Part shown: piece after piece, positions 63,781 to 64,000 of the stretch
Position numbering within the stretch: the stretch's first letter is position 1
How the letters are laid out: every line of letters begins with the position of its first letter
From: Camelus ferus
Taxonomy: Eukaryota
Assembly: GCF_009834535.1 (NCBI RefSeq)
Contig: NC_045697.1
Span: forward strand, 98,210,001-98,274,000
Length of the DNA stretch: 64,000 nucleotides
Direction of reading: 5' to 3'
Position numbers and translations under genes: made by a program
Notes under the pieces: model-generated
Database searches by the model: none
What the model saw: only the letters and a program-made list of their open reading frames with translations
What the model was told of the DNA's origin: nothing

Positions 63781-64000
63781 ACTCCTTATTTTCCAGCAAA
63801 TTAAATAAAACTTCCTACTAATTCATAGATCTATCAAGTAACAACTTCCTTCCCCATTAAACCCTGTTCCTCCTCCTTTTCCCTTCCTCTCAAGAGGGCA
63901 GACAATGAAAATATGGTTCTACTTCATGTGACGAGGCAAATATACTATGAGTGTAGTCTATTTTGAGTGTCAGTTTTATTTCATCATATTAAGCCATAAT

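Noticed and set aside
1..64000. The many 60-176 aa ORFs in the track as host genes
   Set aside because: They have low-complexity or antisense-repeat composition and no recognisable domains; only L1 ORF1/ORF2 and Tigger1 peptides are identifiable.

Overview
Mammalian nuclear DNA, AT-rich and CpG-poor, most likely from a camelid (alpaca, llama or camel). This is inferred from two tRNA-derived SINEs of the Vic-1 type and artiodactyl-type L1 3' ends. I cannot support any intact protein-coding gene, functional RNA gene or CRISPR array. The only ORFs with recognisable products are broken LINE-1 ORF1/ORF2 and Tigger1 transposase remnants. A large part of the window is transposon-derived: ancient L2, MIR, L1M, MLT/LTR16/LTR33 and MER elements, plus younger L1, Vic-1 and ERV solo LTRs. 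Repeat-free stretches between them look like intronic or intergenic regulatory DNA. LTR orientation bias and a few small splice-site pairs hint at a host gene on the minus strand. The most notable structures are: (1) a 3.1 kb TSD-flanked chimeric ORF1-only L1 derivative (HAL1-like), 38.0-41.1 kb; (2) a twin-primed L1 with priming microhomology, 47.9-48.2 kb; (3) a probable L1 3' transduction, 36.8-37.1 kb; (4) a class II-type solo LTR with a perfect 6-bp TSD, 62.6-63.0 kb; (5) a CpG-retaining element with a candidate 42-nt exon, 8.9-9.1 kb. Repeat family names come from recalled consensus sequences, not from a search, and most boundaries are approximate.
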